From assembly GCA_046726415.1 (NCBI GenBank), contig JBKPAK010000200.1, positions 1 to 36,766 on the forward strand: 36,766 nucleotides of DNA, given 5' to 3'. The DNA is from Candidatus Methylomirabilota bacterium. Its GTDB lineage: Bacteria > Methylomirabilota > Methylomirabilia > Rokubacteriales > CSP1-6. Position numbers and translations under genes: made by a program. The notes under the pieces were generated by a model, which was not told the origin of the DNA, did no database searches, and saw only the letters and a program-made list of their open reading frames with translations. Shown piece after piece: positions 16,414 through 25,951 of the stretch. Numbering within the stretch: position 1 is the stretch's first letter; every line of letters begins with the position of its first letter.

Positions 16414-19395
16414 TCACGGGTGCCCGCGAACCCTCCGCTGCACGCCATCGAGGTAGGCGCCGAACTCCGCCTCGCTGGCGAAGATCTGTTCGGATGGAAG
16501 CGCCTTGACGATCTCGAACACCGCTCGGACCGTGGCTTGTGGATTGATGATCGCCACCCGTCCGCCGCGGTCGGCCAGTGCCTTGTTCGCCCGCATCACG
16601 CAACGAATGCCCGCGCTGCTGACGTACTCGAGCCCGTCCAGCTGGAACACGAGCGACGTCACCTCCGCTGCGTTGAGCAGCGCGGCGAGCTCCCCCTCGA
16701 GCTGCGGCGTGGTGAGGGTGTCGAGGCGCCCCCGCAGCGTCACCCGCCGCTCGGCCGGCTTCTGGCTGGCGATGCCGATCTCCAGTGCCATGGCTCCTCC
16801 TTGTGCGCGCTGCTCCGTCAACGTGAGCGACGCCCCATCCGAGGGCGCGGTCGGGCGCCTTCGGTGCACCGTGAGGACATTGGCCTGTCCCTCTCGCGCA
16901 TACTCGCAGCGGTCGACGAGGTGTTTCAGCAAGGCGATGCCACGCCCGCCGAAAAACGGGGCCGCGTGCGGCGCGTCGAGGTCCGGTACAGGCTGCGCGA
17001 GCGGGTTGAACGGAGGCCCAGTGTCCTCGAACCGGATCTGAATTTCCTCGGGAAGCAGTCGGACCTCGACGTGCGTCTCCCTCCCGCTGCCGCCTCCATA
17101 CGCGTGCTCGGCGATGTTCGTCAACACCTCCTCGGCCGCCAATGAGCAGTCGTGTACCGTCGGGGCCGGCACGTCTCGGGCGCGCAGGATCGCCTCGATC
17201 CGCCGCTGCGCGTGCGCCGTGTCTACGGTCTCGCTCGTGATCGAGAGCCGCCATGCCTCGGCGCCGCGGCCGCCCACCTCGACATCGGGAGGCCGGTACT
17301 GCACCGCAAGGACCGCCAGGTCGTCGCGTGGGCCCCCGCCCTGAGTGAATCGCTCGACGGCCTCCACCAGACGATCCGGCAGCGAGCCGAGGGCTTCGGC
17401 TGGGATGTCCGCCACAACGCGCTGGAATCCTTCCAGGCCGAAGGCCACGCCTCTCGCGTCGAACGCCTCGGTCACCCCGTCTGTGCAGAGGACGAGGGCG
17501 TCACCGGGCGCGAGGTGCCCCGTCCACAGAGGGAACCGGAGGTTCATCTCCAGGCCGAGGGCGGGTCCACCCTCCAGGGCCAATACCGCCGTCGTGCCGT
17601 CGACTCTCCGCAGCAGCGGCTGGTGGTGACCCGCGCTGGCGTACCAGATCTCGCCACTCTCGCCGTCGAGCTCACCGCATGCCGCGGTAACGAACATGCA
17701 CGTATCGTTGCCCTCGGATAGCCTGGTGTCCAGCTCGCGCAGGATGGCGTCGGGACCGGTCCCGCCCCGGCCGATCGCTCGGAAGAGCCCGGTCACCCGC
17801 GCCATCAGGAGCGCGGCGGGCACGCCCTTGTCAGCCACGTCGCCGATGACAAACACGAGCCGGTGGCCATCGAGCAGGAAGAAGTCGTAGAGGTCGCCCC
17901 CGACCTCGCGAGCCGGCCGCAGGGTGGCGGCGACCAGGTATCGCCCATCCAGCGGCTCGTGAAGCGGCGCGGGCAGCATCGACCGCTGGATTTGTCGTGC
18001 GATATCGAGTTCCTGGGCCCGCCGTTGCTCGTCCGCGAGCCCGGCCGCTCGCTCCTCGATGTGATCCTTGAGCTGTACGCGCATCTGATCCGTCACCTCG
18101 ATCAGGGAGCCAACCTCGACCGGGTTCCAGATCTCGGGCAGCCCCGCGTCGAGGTTGCCCCGCCCGATCTCAGCCACCGACCGGGACAGCTCCTCGAGCG
18201 GCCGGGAGATGCGACGCGCGGAGAGCCAGACGAGGCCGAGGGTCAGCCCAAGCACGCCGAGGCCCAGCAGGAGCTGTCGCTGCGCCACACCCCGGGCCCG
18301 TGCAACCAGCTCAGCCCGAGGGGCCGCCAGGAGTAGGATCAGCGGGTCTCCCGCGTCAGCCGCGATGGAGCGCTTCATGCCAATCCACGCCCGTCCCCCG
18401 ATCTGCAGCGGGGTTCCACCACCCGCCTTCACACCGGCAGAGAACAGCGGCCCGAGCGCCGCATCGGCGAGGTCGTCAAGCCGAGTGATATCGGCGCCGC
18501 CGCCCGGCGAGGAGCGGACGAGCTGGCCGGCGTCTGGGTGGGCGATCACCAGACCTTGCCGATCGACGAGGGCCATCCGCGCGGAGGGCGTGACCCGGGA
18601 TTGGGCCAGGCGGCGCGAGAGGTCCTGGAGCGTGATATCGACGCCAACCACACTTCCGCCGTCCGCGCTACGCTGAGCGAGCGTGGTGCCGACCTCACGC
18701 GTGGTGAAGAACACGTAAGGACTGGTCCGGACGGGCGCGGGGCCCCGAAGGGCCTGCCGGTACCACTCCCGCGTCCGGGGGTCGAAGCGGTAATCGGGTC
18801 GGGATTCATCGCGCAGTATGCCGAGGTGCCCATCCAGGAAGAGGTATTGGCCGACGGCCGCTCCCTGGGCGGCGGTGCGGCTCTGGACGAGGAACACCGC
18901 CTGCGGTGGCGCACGTACGCTCTGCCGTGCCACGCCATGCAGCGAGCGGATGAGGAAGAAGTCACCGCTGCGGAAGCCCACGTAGACGGCCGAGATCTCG
19001 GGGTGCTCGGCGAGAGCGGTGGAGAGCAGGGGAAGGACCTCGAGACGCGCGCTCAGGCTGGCGCTTGCCGTGAGCTGGTGTTGCGCGAGGAGCTGGACGA
19101 GGAGATGGGCAGGGGCAAGCAGATCCCGGACATGGCCGGCGGTGCGCTCGGCCACGTGGAGGAACTCCTCGTCGCCCGCGGCAAGAAGCAGATGCGAGGT
19201 GGCGACGTACCCATAGCCGACGATGAGAAGACCGGCGGAGGCGATCAAGGCGACGAACAGTGTCGCGATGTGCACGCGCAGGCGGAATGCCCGGCGCCCG
19301 CGCCGGCGAGACTCGACGGTTCTGGGCCCGCCGAGCCGCGGTGCCCTGAGGGGAGTGTGGGGGCCCATATCCGAAGCCCCACCCACGTCACTCAA
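16414..19395 (-). CDS. Membrane sensor fusion: TM-Cache-TM-HAMP-PP2C(SpoIIE)-RsbW-like kinase-STAS
   Basis: Cache motif FDPRTREWY; HAMP ISRPLEELS; PP2C motifs VGGDLYD, IGDVADKG, TDGVTEA, DDLAV; kinase motifs EVLTNIAEHAY, DTGPPFNP, GGRGIAL; STAS YVSSAGIR. Start TTG 19395 or ATG 19368. Confidence 0.9.
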   Translation of the reverse strand: MSDVGGASDMGPHTPLRAPRLGGPRTVESRRRGRRAFRLRVHIATLFVALIASAGLLIVGYGYVATSHLLLAAGDEEFLHVAERTAGHVRDLLAPAHLLVQLLAQHQLTASASLSARLEVLPLLSTALAEHPEISAVYVGFRSGDFFLIRSLHGVARQSVRAPPQAVFLVQSRTAAQGAAVGQYLFLDGHLGILRDESRPDYRFDPRTREWYRQALRGPAPVRTSPYVFFTTREVGTTLAQRSADGGSVVGVDITLQDLSRRLAQSRVTPSARMALVDRQGLVIAHPDAGQLVRSSPGGGADITRLDDLADAALGPLFSAGVKAGGGTPLQIGGRAWIGMKRSIAADAGDPLILLLAAPRAELVARARGVAQRQLLLGLGVLGLTLGLVWLSARRISRPLEELSRSVAEIGRGNLDAGLPEIWNPVEVGSLIEVTDQMRVQLKDHIEERAAGLADEQRRAQELDIARQIQRSMLPAPLHEPLDGRYLVAATLRPAREVGGDLYDFFLLDGHRLVFVIGDVADKGVPAALLMARVTGLFRAIGRGGTGPDAILRELDTRLSEGNDTCMFVTAACGELDGESGEIWYASAGHHQPLLRRVDGTTAVLALEGGPALGLEMNLRFPLWTGHLAPGDALVLCTDGVTEAFDARGVAFGLEGFQRVVADIPAEALGSLPDRLVEAVERFTQGGGPRDDLAVLAVQYRPPDVEVGGRGAEAWRLSITSETVDTAHAQRRIEAILRARDVPAPTVHDCSLAAEEVLTNIAEHAYGGGSGRETHVEVRLLPEEIQIRFEDTGPPFNPLAQPVPDLDAPHAAPFFGGRGIALLKHLVDRCEYAREGQANVLTVHRRRPTAPSDGASLTLTEQRAQGGAMALEIGIASQKPAERRVTLRGRLDTLTTPQLEGELAALLNAAEVTSLVFQLDGLEYVSSAGIRCVMRANKALADRGGRVAIINPQATVRAVFEIVKALPSEQIFASEAEFGAYLDGVQRRVRGHP

Positions 19396-20098
19396 CCGCG
19401 GTGTACATCCGCTCGTCGTAGAGCGCGCCCGTGGCCGGCGCGAGCTTGTCGCGGAACTGGCGCGTCGGCGCGGCCATGGAGTGCGCCTCGACTGCCTTCG
19501 GGTCCTTCCAGATCTCGACGACCGTGAAGTGATTCGGGCGATTGGTCTGCTGCACCACCTCGAAGCGCAGGTTGCCGTCGCCCGTTCGGCTATCGGCGCC
19601 GAGCTGCTTGACCGCGGCCACGCCGTCGTCCTTGCGCGGCGGAATGATGTCGACGTGGGTCACCACGTAGATGGCACCGCGCATGGGCGATGATTCAATG
19701 GGGCCGACTGAGAGGCCGGTATGCACCCGCTCGTCGGTCGGGGCGTTGCGGATCGCGGCAATGCTCTCCCGCATCTCCCTCGAATTCGCGCCCTTGCCGT
19801 GCGCCTCGAACGCCCTCTGGTCCTTCCAGACTTCGAGGATCGCGAACTGGTACGGCTGGCCGATGCGCTGCACCACCTCGCAGCGCAGGTTGCCGTCCTC
19901 CTTTCGGGTGGCCTCCCGGTAGCGTTTGAGGAGGGCGCGGCCGTCCGCGGTGGACGTCGGCATGACCTCAACATAGATCACGGAATAGATGCTACCCTCG
20001 ATGGGGGCCGGAGCGGGCGCTTGGGCTCCGACCTCTCCGATGGCGCCGATCACCATGATCGCCACACCGAGGACAAGACTGCGAAGGAAGCGTTCCAT
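19388..20098 (-). CDS. Secreted tandem antibiotic-biosynthesis-monooxygenase (ABM)-domain protein
   Basis: Hydrophobic signal ending GAQ; two repeats of GNLR.EVVQ...F.(I/V).E.WKD..A.EAH; GAGGTG SD. Confidence 0.82.
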   Translation of the reverse strand: MERFLRSLVLGVAIMVIGAIGEVGAQAPAPAPIEGSIYSVIYVEVMPTSTADGRALLKRYREATRKEDGNLRCEVVQRIGQPYQFAILEVWKDQRAFEAHGKGANSREMRESIAAIRNAPTDERVHTGLSVGPIESSPMRGAIYVVTHVDIIPPRKDDGVAAVKQLGADSRTGDGNLRFEVVQQTNRPNHFTVVEIWKDPKAVEAHSMAAPTRQFRDKLAPATGALYDERMYTAVE

Positions 20099-20228
20099 CC
20101 CATCACCTCACTCGTCAACCGACATCCCACGCGCTCGTTCGCCGAAGCGGCTCGGCCCGCGGGAAATGATCGTCCTGGTGGGAGGCGTTCTCGGGAACTT
20201 GAGCGCGCAAAGCACTGAGCACGCCGGG

Positions 20229-21781
20229 TCATCGGGCGGGTCGCGCGTCCCAGAGTGCCGCCAGCGCGTGCCGGTCGATCTTGCCATTGGCATTTTTGGG
20301 GATCGCATCAACGACGAGGACCGCCGCCGGGACCTTGAACGCCACGAGCTTCGCCCGGCAATGCGCGAGCAGCGCCGCCTCGGCCACGCGCCGTCCCGGT
20401 CGCGGGGCGGCAAAGCCCACCGGCACCTCGCCGTAGATCCCGTCCTTGACGCCGACGGTGGCGACGTCGGCCACGTCCTCATGCTCGAGGAGGCAATTGG
20501 CAATCTCGAGCGGAGCGATGTTGACACCGCCCTTGATGATGACGTCCTTCGTGCGTCCGGTGATGTAGATGTAGCCGTCCTCGTCCCGGCGGGCGAGGTC
20601 ACCGTTCCGGAAGCCGTCTTGCGGGATCGGGACCAGCGCGTCTGGTCCCTGCCAGTAGGCCGAAGCCATCTGTCGACCGTCGACCACCATCTCCCCTTCC
20701 TGCCCCGGCGGCAGCGGGTGGCCCGCGTCGTCGAGGATGCGCACGCGCATGTTGAGAGTTGGGCGACCGATCGAGCCGTGCTTGCGCTGGCTCGGATGGT
20801 TGCCGCACATGAAGCCGGTCTCGGTGCCGCCGGCCAGCTGGACCACGGGAATCCCGTAGGTGCTCTCGAACTCCAGGTGCTTGTCCAGGGAGAGGGGGGC
20901 CGTGCTCGAGGTGATGAAGCGGAGCTTCGGCAGATCGGTTTTGACCACCGCCATCGGCCGGGCCAGGAGCATGTTGATGACCGTGGGAATGCCGACGGCG
21001 ATGGTCACACCATGGTCCCGGATCCACTCGAAGAACCGGGCCGGGGAGAATTTGGCCGCGAGGACCAGGGTGGCGCCGGTCAGCAGGGTCGGCCCGACGG
21101 AGAGGATCTGCGGGGACGACCAGCTGAAGTGTCGATAGTCCAGGATGGTGTCGGCTTCCGTCATCTCCAGTCGATCGATCGACGACTCACACATCGCGTA
21201 GTACGCCTCGTGGGTCCAGAGGACCCCTTGGGCGTGTCGGTGGTCCCTGATGTGTAGTCGATCAACGACCAGTCCCCTCGCGCCGGGTGGTCGGCGACAG
21301 GCGTCTTCGGCGCCGCCCGGATGCGGGCGAACAAGTCGTCGGGCGCGGGGTTCGGGGCGTTCCACGCCCCAAATGGGATCCATGGCGTCCCGCCGGACGA
21401 AGGCGCGCGCGCATCGACGGAGAGCTCGCGGCTCTTGAAGACGAGCCTCGGCGCGACTTCCCCGAGGATCTGGCGCACGTGCGTCCTGCGGATCTCGACG
21501 TTGATCGGGTTCACGATCACGCCGGAGCGAAGGGCACCCCAGAAGATGACCAGCGCTTCGATTCCGTTATCGGCCAGGACCGAGATCCGGTCGCCCGCGT
21601 GGATACCCTCGGTGGCGAGGAGGTTGGCGAAGCGGCGGGTCAGCGCCTCGAACTCCCCCCACGTGACCCGCGAGCTCTGATCCGGACTCTCGATGTAGAT
21701 TTTGCTCGGGCGCCGGCGAGCATGCTCCTCGAGGAGCGTGTTGACGTCGGTGTACGCGCTCGAGCCGGTGTCGACCGTCAT
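20229..21781 (-). pseudogene. AMP-forming acyl-CoA synthetase/CoA ligase, frameshifted (pseudogene or sequencing error)
   Basis: N-half ends at P-loop YTSGTTDTPKG; C-half continues VLWTHEAY...GGTETG...GDLA...GRTKDVIIKGG...PKNANGKIDR. One G is missing in the G4 run at 21224-21227. Confidence 0.85.
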
Positions 21782-21784
21782 GGA

Positions 21785-22831
21785 CTACTTGAACGCGAGC
21801 ATCACCTGTTTGGTGAGGATCTCGAGGCTCCGCTTCTCCTGGGCAATCGGCAAGAGTCCCCCGGGGTTCAGCTCGGCCGCGATTCCCGTCAACCCCAGCT
21901 CTTCCCTCAACCCCGTCAGGCGGTCGATGAGCCCCTCGGCCGTCCCGAACGCCACCTTGGTCGTCAGAATCGCCTCGTACGTGAGAGCGGACAGCCGGCT
22001 CGCTTGACCCTCCCGGAACTCGGCCGGTCCGGTGCCGGCCCGACCGATCGGCGCGCGGGCCAGCTGGGCCTGGCGCTGAAAGTAGTAGGTGATGGTCTCG
22101 TACGGTTCTTCGGTGGCGGCTTGCTCCGTGGGCGCGGCATACACCGGGATGCGAAGGCACACGTCACCGTTGCCGGCGTGCCCGGCGTCCCGCCACGCCG
22201 CGCGGTACGCCTGCAGGTTCTCCGCCAGCTCGGGGATACTCATCCCGCGCAGCCCGACGAAGATGGGCAATCCCATCCGGCCGACTCGGGGAAACGTCTC
22301 CGGCGTGGTGGCGGCCATCCGGACCGGCGGATGGGGGGCCCGATACGGCCGCGGGGCGACCGCCGCGTTGACGAACTTGTAGTACTTGCCTTCGTAGCTG
22401 AAGGGCTCGCCCTTCCAGGCCTGCAGGATGATCTCCAGCGCCTCGAAGAACCGCTCCTGACTTTCCGCGTAGGGAACGCCGAGCGCGTCATAGGCCCGGG
22501 GGGATCCGCTGCGGCCGATGCCGAAGTCGAACCGCCCCTGGCTGAGGTGATCGAGCGTGGTGATCTCACCGGCGACGCGGATCGGGTGGTTCAGGGGCAG
22601 GAGCTGGACCGCGGTGCCCACCCGCACGCGTGTGGTCCGGCCCACGATCCAGCTCGCCACCAGCAGCGGCGCCGACAGCACCGACCGGGCGGGGTTGATG
22701 AGCATCTCGGCCAGCCACACGATGTCCAGGCCCCACTCCTCTGAAGCGTCCACGACCTCGAACATCTCGCGAAACGCGTCATCCTGATTCACACCCAGCC
22801 GCGTCTGCTCCAGGAAGATTCCGAAGTCCAT
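21785..22831 (-). CDS. Luciferase-like (LLM class) flavin-dependent oxidoreductase
   Basis: MDFGIF, VWLAE, RVGTAV, LDHLSQGRFDFGIGR, PRP..PHPPV; GAGAGGAG SD before ATG 22831. Confidence 0.9.
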   Translation of the reverse strand: MDFGIFLEQTRLGVNQDDAFREMFEVVDASEEWGLDIVWLAEMLINPARSVLSAPLLVASWIVGRTTRVRVGTAVQLLPLNHPIRVAGEITTLDHLSQGRFDFGIGRSGSPRAYDALGVPYAESQERFFEALEIILQAWKGEPFSYEGKYYKFVNAAVAPRPYRAPHPPVRMAATTPETFPRVGRMGLPIFVGLRGMSIPELAENLQAYRAAWRDAGHAGNGDVCLRIPVYAAPTEQAATEEPYETITYYFQRQAQLARAPIGRAGTGPAEFREGQASRLSALTYEAILTTKVAFGTAEGLIDRLTGLREELGLTGIAAELNPGGLLPIAQEKRSLEILTKQVMLAFK

Positions 22832-22844
22832 TGCGCTCCTCTCG

Positions 22845-24374
22845 TCAGATGCCACGATCGGCCAGGAACTTCGCGTAGTCGCGCTGCCCGTCCTTCGCCT
22901 GCCGGATCTGCTCCGGCGAGTAGAAGCGGGCGAGGTCCACCACCTCGACGTTGTAGCGGGCCCGCTCGAAGGCGTCCTTGTAGATAAAGGGGCGGGTGGC
23001 GTCGATCCCCATCGCGCCGGAGAAGCGGATGTTGGTCTGCGTCCACTGGCGGTCGCCGGCCGAGCTGCGCTCCGCCGGCTGGAACGTCTGACCGAAGCCG
23101 CCCTCGCACACGGTCAGGATGTCCTCCCGAGGGTTCACCCGCGTGGTGATGGCCCACAGGATGTCCTCGATATTGTAGAGATCGACGTCCTCGTCGACCA
23201 CGATGCCGAGGCGCGCCCCGAGGGAGATCGACAGGGCTGCGGTCAGGATGTTGCGCTGAAGTCCTTCGTCGCGCGCTCGCCGCTTGCGGACCTGAAAGAG
23301 CACTCCGCCCCAGTCGGTCATGCCCATGGGGATATGGGTGTCGATGCACAGGCCCGGGACGATGCGCTCCGCGAGCTCCAGAAAGCACGCTTCTCGCATG
23401 TGGCCGTCGATGAAGTGCTCGTCCATGCTGTGAACGATGAGGCCGTAGTAGAGCGGCCGATCGGCGCGATGGGTGATCGCCGTCGCCTGGAACTTGTACG
23501 TCCGGTACGCCTTGCCCATGTAGCCCGACCACTCGGGGTGGAAGGGATGGACGCCCTGGGCATCGTCCTTCTCGGCGAGCGGGCTCTCCCATACTTTCTG
23601 GGTCGTGTCGAGGTAGCCCTCGATGACGTACTCCGCGTTGGCGATCGCCCAGGCATCCTGCGTGCGCGCCTTCACCAGCTCGACCGGATAGCCTTGCAGG
23701 GCGCCGGCCACACCCAGCTCGTCGCAGCCGCGCGGCAGGATCACATAGGTGAAGCCCGAGCCCGCCATCATCGTGCAGGCCGGCGGTATCCCGATGTTGA
23801 TCGTCATAGGGATGGGACCCTGGCGGAACCAGTTGGTGGCCACCTGGTCCATGTGGGAGCCCGGGGAAATCTGGAAGCTTGAGAAGTCGGGGCCGCGGAA
23901 ATTCATCCGGTTGTAGCCGATGTGCGAGCCGCCCCAGAAGTACTTCCCGCGGACCACGGTGGTGCCGGCGCCGAGCGTGCGCCCGGGATCGCTCTCGGCG
24001 TGAGAGATCATCGGCACGACGTCCCACACGTCGAAGTCCTTCGTCAGCACGACTTCCTGGCAGGGACCGTCCGGCACCTCCACCGGGGGAATCGGATTGC
24101 GCAGCGCCTCCACCGCCCGGTGCTTGATCCCGCGTGGGTCCTGGACGTCGAGGAGCTTGGCGATGCGTTCGGCGCTGGCGAAGATGTTGTTGCAGATCCG
24201 CGCGTTCGGGTAGCCCTTGACCCTGTTGAAGAGGAGGGCAGCGCCGCCGTCGAAGTGCTTCTGGATCGCGGCGACCTCGAGGTGCGGATCGACCTCCACA
24301 TCGGTGCTGACCAACTCGCCGACGGCCTCGAGGTACTCGAGGGTCGAGCGCAGGCTCCCGATGTCCTTCTTCAT
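22845..24374 (-). CDS. UbiD-family prFMN-dependent decarboxylase, phthaloyl-CoA decarboxylase-like clade
   Basis: GGSHIGYNRMNFR, FQISPGSHM, FHPEWSGYMGKAY, MTDWGG, GQTF.PAER, MGIDAT match my recollection of anaerobic phthaloyl-CoA decarboxylases; GGAGG SD before ATG 24374. Confidence 0.88.
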   Translation of the reverse strand: MKKDIGSLRSTLEYLEAVGELVSTDVEVDPHLEVAAIQKHFDGGAALLFNRVKGYPNARICNNIFASAERIAKLLDVQDPRGIKHRAVEALRNPIPPVEVPDGPCQEVVLTKDFDVWDVVPMISHAESDPGRTLGAGTTVVRGKYFWGGSHIGYNRMNFRGPDFSSFQISPGSHMDQVATNWFRQGPIPMTINIGIPPACTMMAGSGFTYVILPRGCDELGVAGALQGYPVELVKARTQDAWAIANAEYVIEGYLDTTQKVWESPLAEKDDAQGVHPFHPEWSGYMGKAYRTYKFQATAITHRADRPLYYGLIVHSMDEHFIDGHMREACFLELAERIVPGLCIDTHIPMGMTDWGGVLFQVRKRRARDEGLQRNILTAALSISLGARLGIVVDEDVDLYNIEDILWAITTRVNPREDILTVCEGGFGQTFQPAERSSAGDRQWTQTNIRFSGAMGIDATRPFIYKDAFERARYNVEVVDLARFYSPEQIRQAKDGQRDYAKFLADRGI

Positions 24375-24450
24375 GCGGCGCCCTCCGGTAACCGAACCCT
24401 GAGCCGTTCCGTTCCGCGTCCGTCGGGCCCGGCCCGATCCGTCGGCAGCG

Positions 24451-24479
24451 ATACTGCTCCGGTGGCTGCGCGCCGTCAA
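24451..24479 (-). promoter_or_regulatory. Putative promoter of the UbiD operon
   Basis: TTGACG, 17 nt, CAGTAT. Confidence 0.35.
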
Positions 24480-24726
24480 GGCGCCGCCGCCGACGACACA
24501 GATCGGGGAGACGTGGAACGCGCGCGGATGCGACCACGGTGAAGCGCGGGGCGCGAGGGCTATGAGAACGCGATCGATCTCCTGCGGAGGCGCCGATCAT
24601 GGGGCGCGGACGGGAGTTGTTGACGCCTCTGTCGATTGGTCGGTTCTGCGCCCCGATGCGGGCGAGGGTCGGCTTCGCGTATCGGTCTCGCTCACTCGGA
24701 CACCGCAGCAAAGAGGACCCACGGGT

Positions 24727-24912
24727 TCAAGCTATGCGGCCCGACGTTCCTCCCGCGATGACGCCACAGCCCAGGCACTGCCATACCGCGGGGCGATACC
24801 GGAATAGACGATCGCCGCACAACGGGCAATTCTTCAAATCTGGCGCCGTATTAGTGGTCACTGGCCCTCGATCCGTTCCAGCATCAGAAGCCGTATCGAC
24901 CTGGCCTGACAT
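24727..24912 (-). CDS. Small putative zinc-ribbon protein (61 aa)
   Basis: CPLCG-x12-QCLGCG; GGAGG SD 5 nt before ATG 24912; perfect TTGACA at 24971-24976. Confidence 0.5.
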   Translation of the reverse strand: MSGQVDTASDAGTDRGPVTTNTAPDLKNCPLCGDRLFRYRPAVWQCLGCGVIAGGTSGRIA

Positions 24913-25009
24913 GTCCGCCTCCAAAGCGCTGAAGGGCAACTGGAGGTAGTACACTAATCTCGATCGGAATTGTCAAGCCCTGCGCCTCTGAATCTCACCG
25001 CTCGACGAC

Positions 25010-25891
25010 TCAACTGTTCCTGAGGAAGGTTACGATCCGCCGCGTCACCTCCTCAGGCCGTTCCAGGTGCAGAAAGTGGCCAGTGCCCGGCAGAATGACC
25101 TTCTCTACGCCCTTGGGAAAGAGGTGATCCATGGCTTCGAACGCCTCCAGGCGGCCGGGGCGATCCCTCGTGCCGTGCAGGGCAAGCGTAGGGACGGGTG
25201 TAGGAGACGTGCTGATGCGTTCCTGCAGCGTGTGCAGGGCGGGATCGCGGTTGGCGGGATGAAAGGTGTGTCGGTAGTAGCTGAGCGCCGCGGTCAAGAC
25301 ACCGGGCTGGCGGAAGGTGGTCTTCACGCTCTCCATGATCTCCGGAGGGGGCGCGAATTCCGGAGAGGCGTCTCGCCACCAGCGCTCCAGAAACGCGTAG
25401 TCGTTCGCCGCCACCGCTTGCTCGGCGAAAGGCATCTGGAAGAAGTATGCGTGCCAGGTGCCCTTGAGCCGGTCGTAGGTGAACGCGAGCTCGCCCCGCG
25501 CGGCGGCTGGATGAGCCGCCGCTAACGTGACGAGCTTCTCCACGCGGGCCGGGGCCAGAGTCGCTGCCCCGTAGGTCGCAGTGGCACCCCAGTCATGGCC
25601 AACCAGAAATGCCCGCGCGGACCCGAGAGCCCCAATCAACTCCACCGCGTCTTGGGCCAGCAGGACGGCTTGATAGCGCCCATCGGGCGCTGGTGACGTC
25701 GGCGCATAGCCGCGCATGAAGGGCGCCACTCCCCGAAAGCCCGCCGCGGCCAGAGCCGGCAGGAGATGGCGGTACGTGTAGGCATTGTCGGGAAAGCCAT
25801 GCAGACACAACACCAGTGGGCCTTCCCCGAGCTCGAGATAATGAAAGGTGATGTCATTCGCCTGCACGCTGCCGGGGCGGAACTCGGCCAT
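25010..25891 (-). CDS. Alpha/beta hydrolase, epoxide-hydrolase-like
   Basis: HGFP oxyanion motif, GHDWG nucleophile Asp, GHFLHLE catalytic His; GAGG SD. Confidence 0.92.
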   Translation of the reverse strand: MAEFRPGSVQANDITFHYLELGEGPLVLCLHGFPDNAYTYRHLLPALAAAGFRGVAPFMRGYAPTSPAPDGRYQAVLLAQDAVELIGALGSARAFLVGHDWGATATYGAATLAPARVEKLVTLAAAHPAAARGELAFTYDRLKGTWHAYFFQMPFAEQAVAANDYAFLERWWRDASPEFAPPPEIMESVKTTFRQPGVLTAALSYYRHTFHPANRDPALHTLQERISTSPTPVPTLALHGTRDRPGRLEAFEAMDHLFPKGVEKVILPGTGHFLHLERPEEVTRRIVTFLRNS

Positions 25892-25951
25892 GCTGATTCC
25901 TCTGCTCCCCGCGAGTCGGGACGCGTTGCGCTCGGCTCGCCAAATTCGCCA

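Noticed and set aside
21224-21227. Programmed ribosomal frameshift in the CoA ligase
   Set aside because: No canonical slippery heptamer or rationale; a homopolymer indel is simpler.
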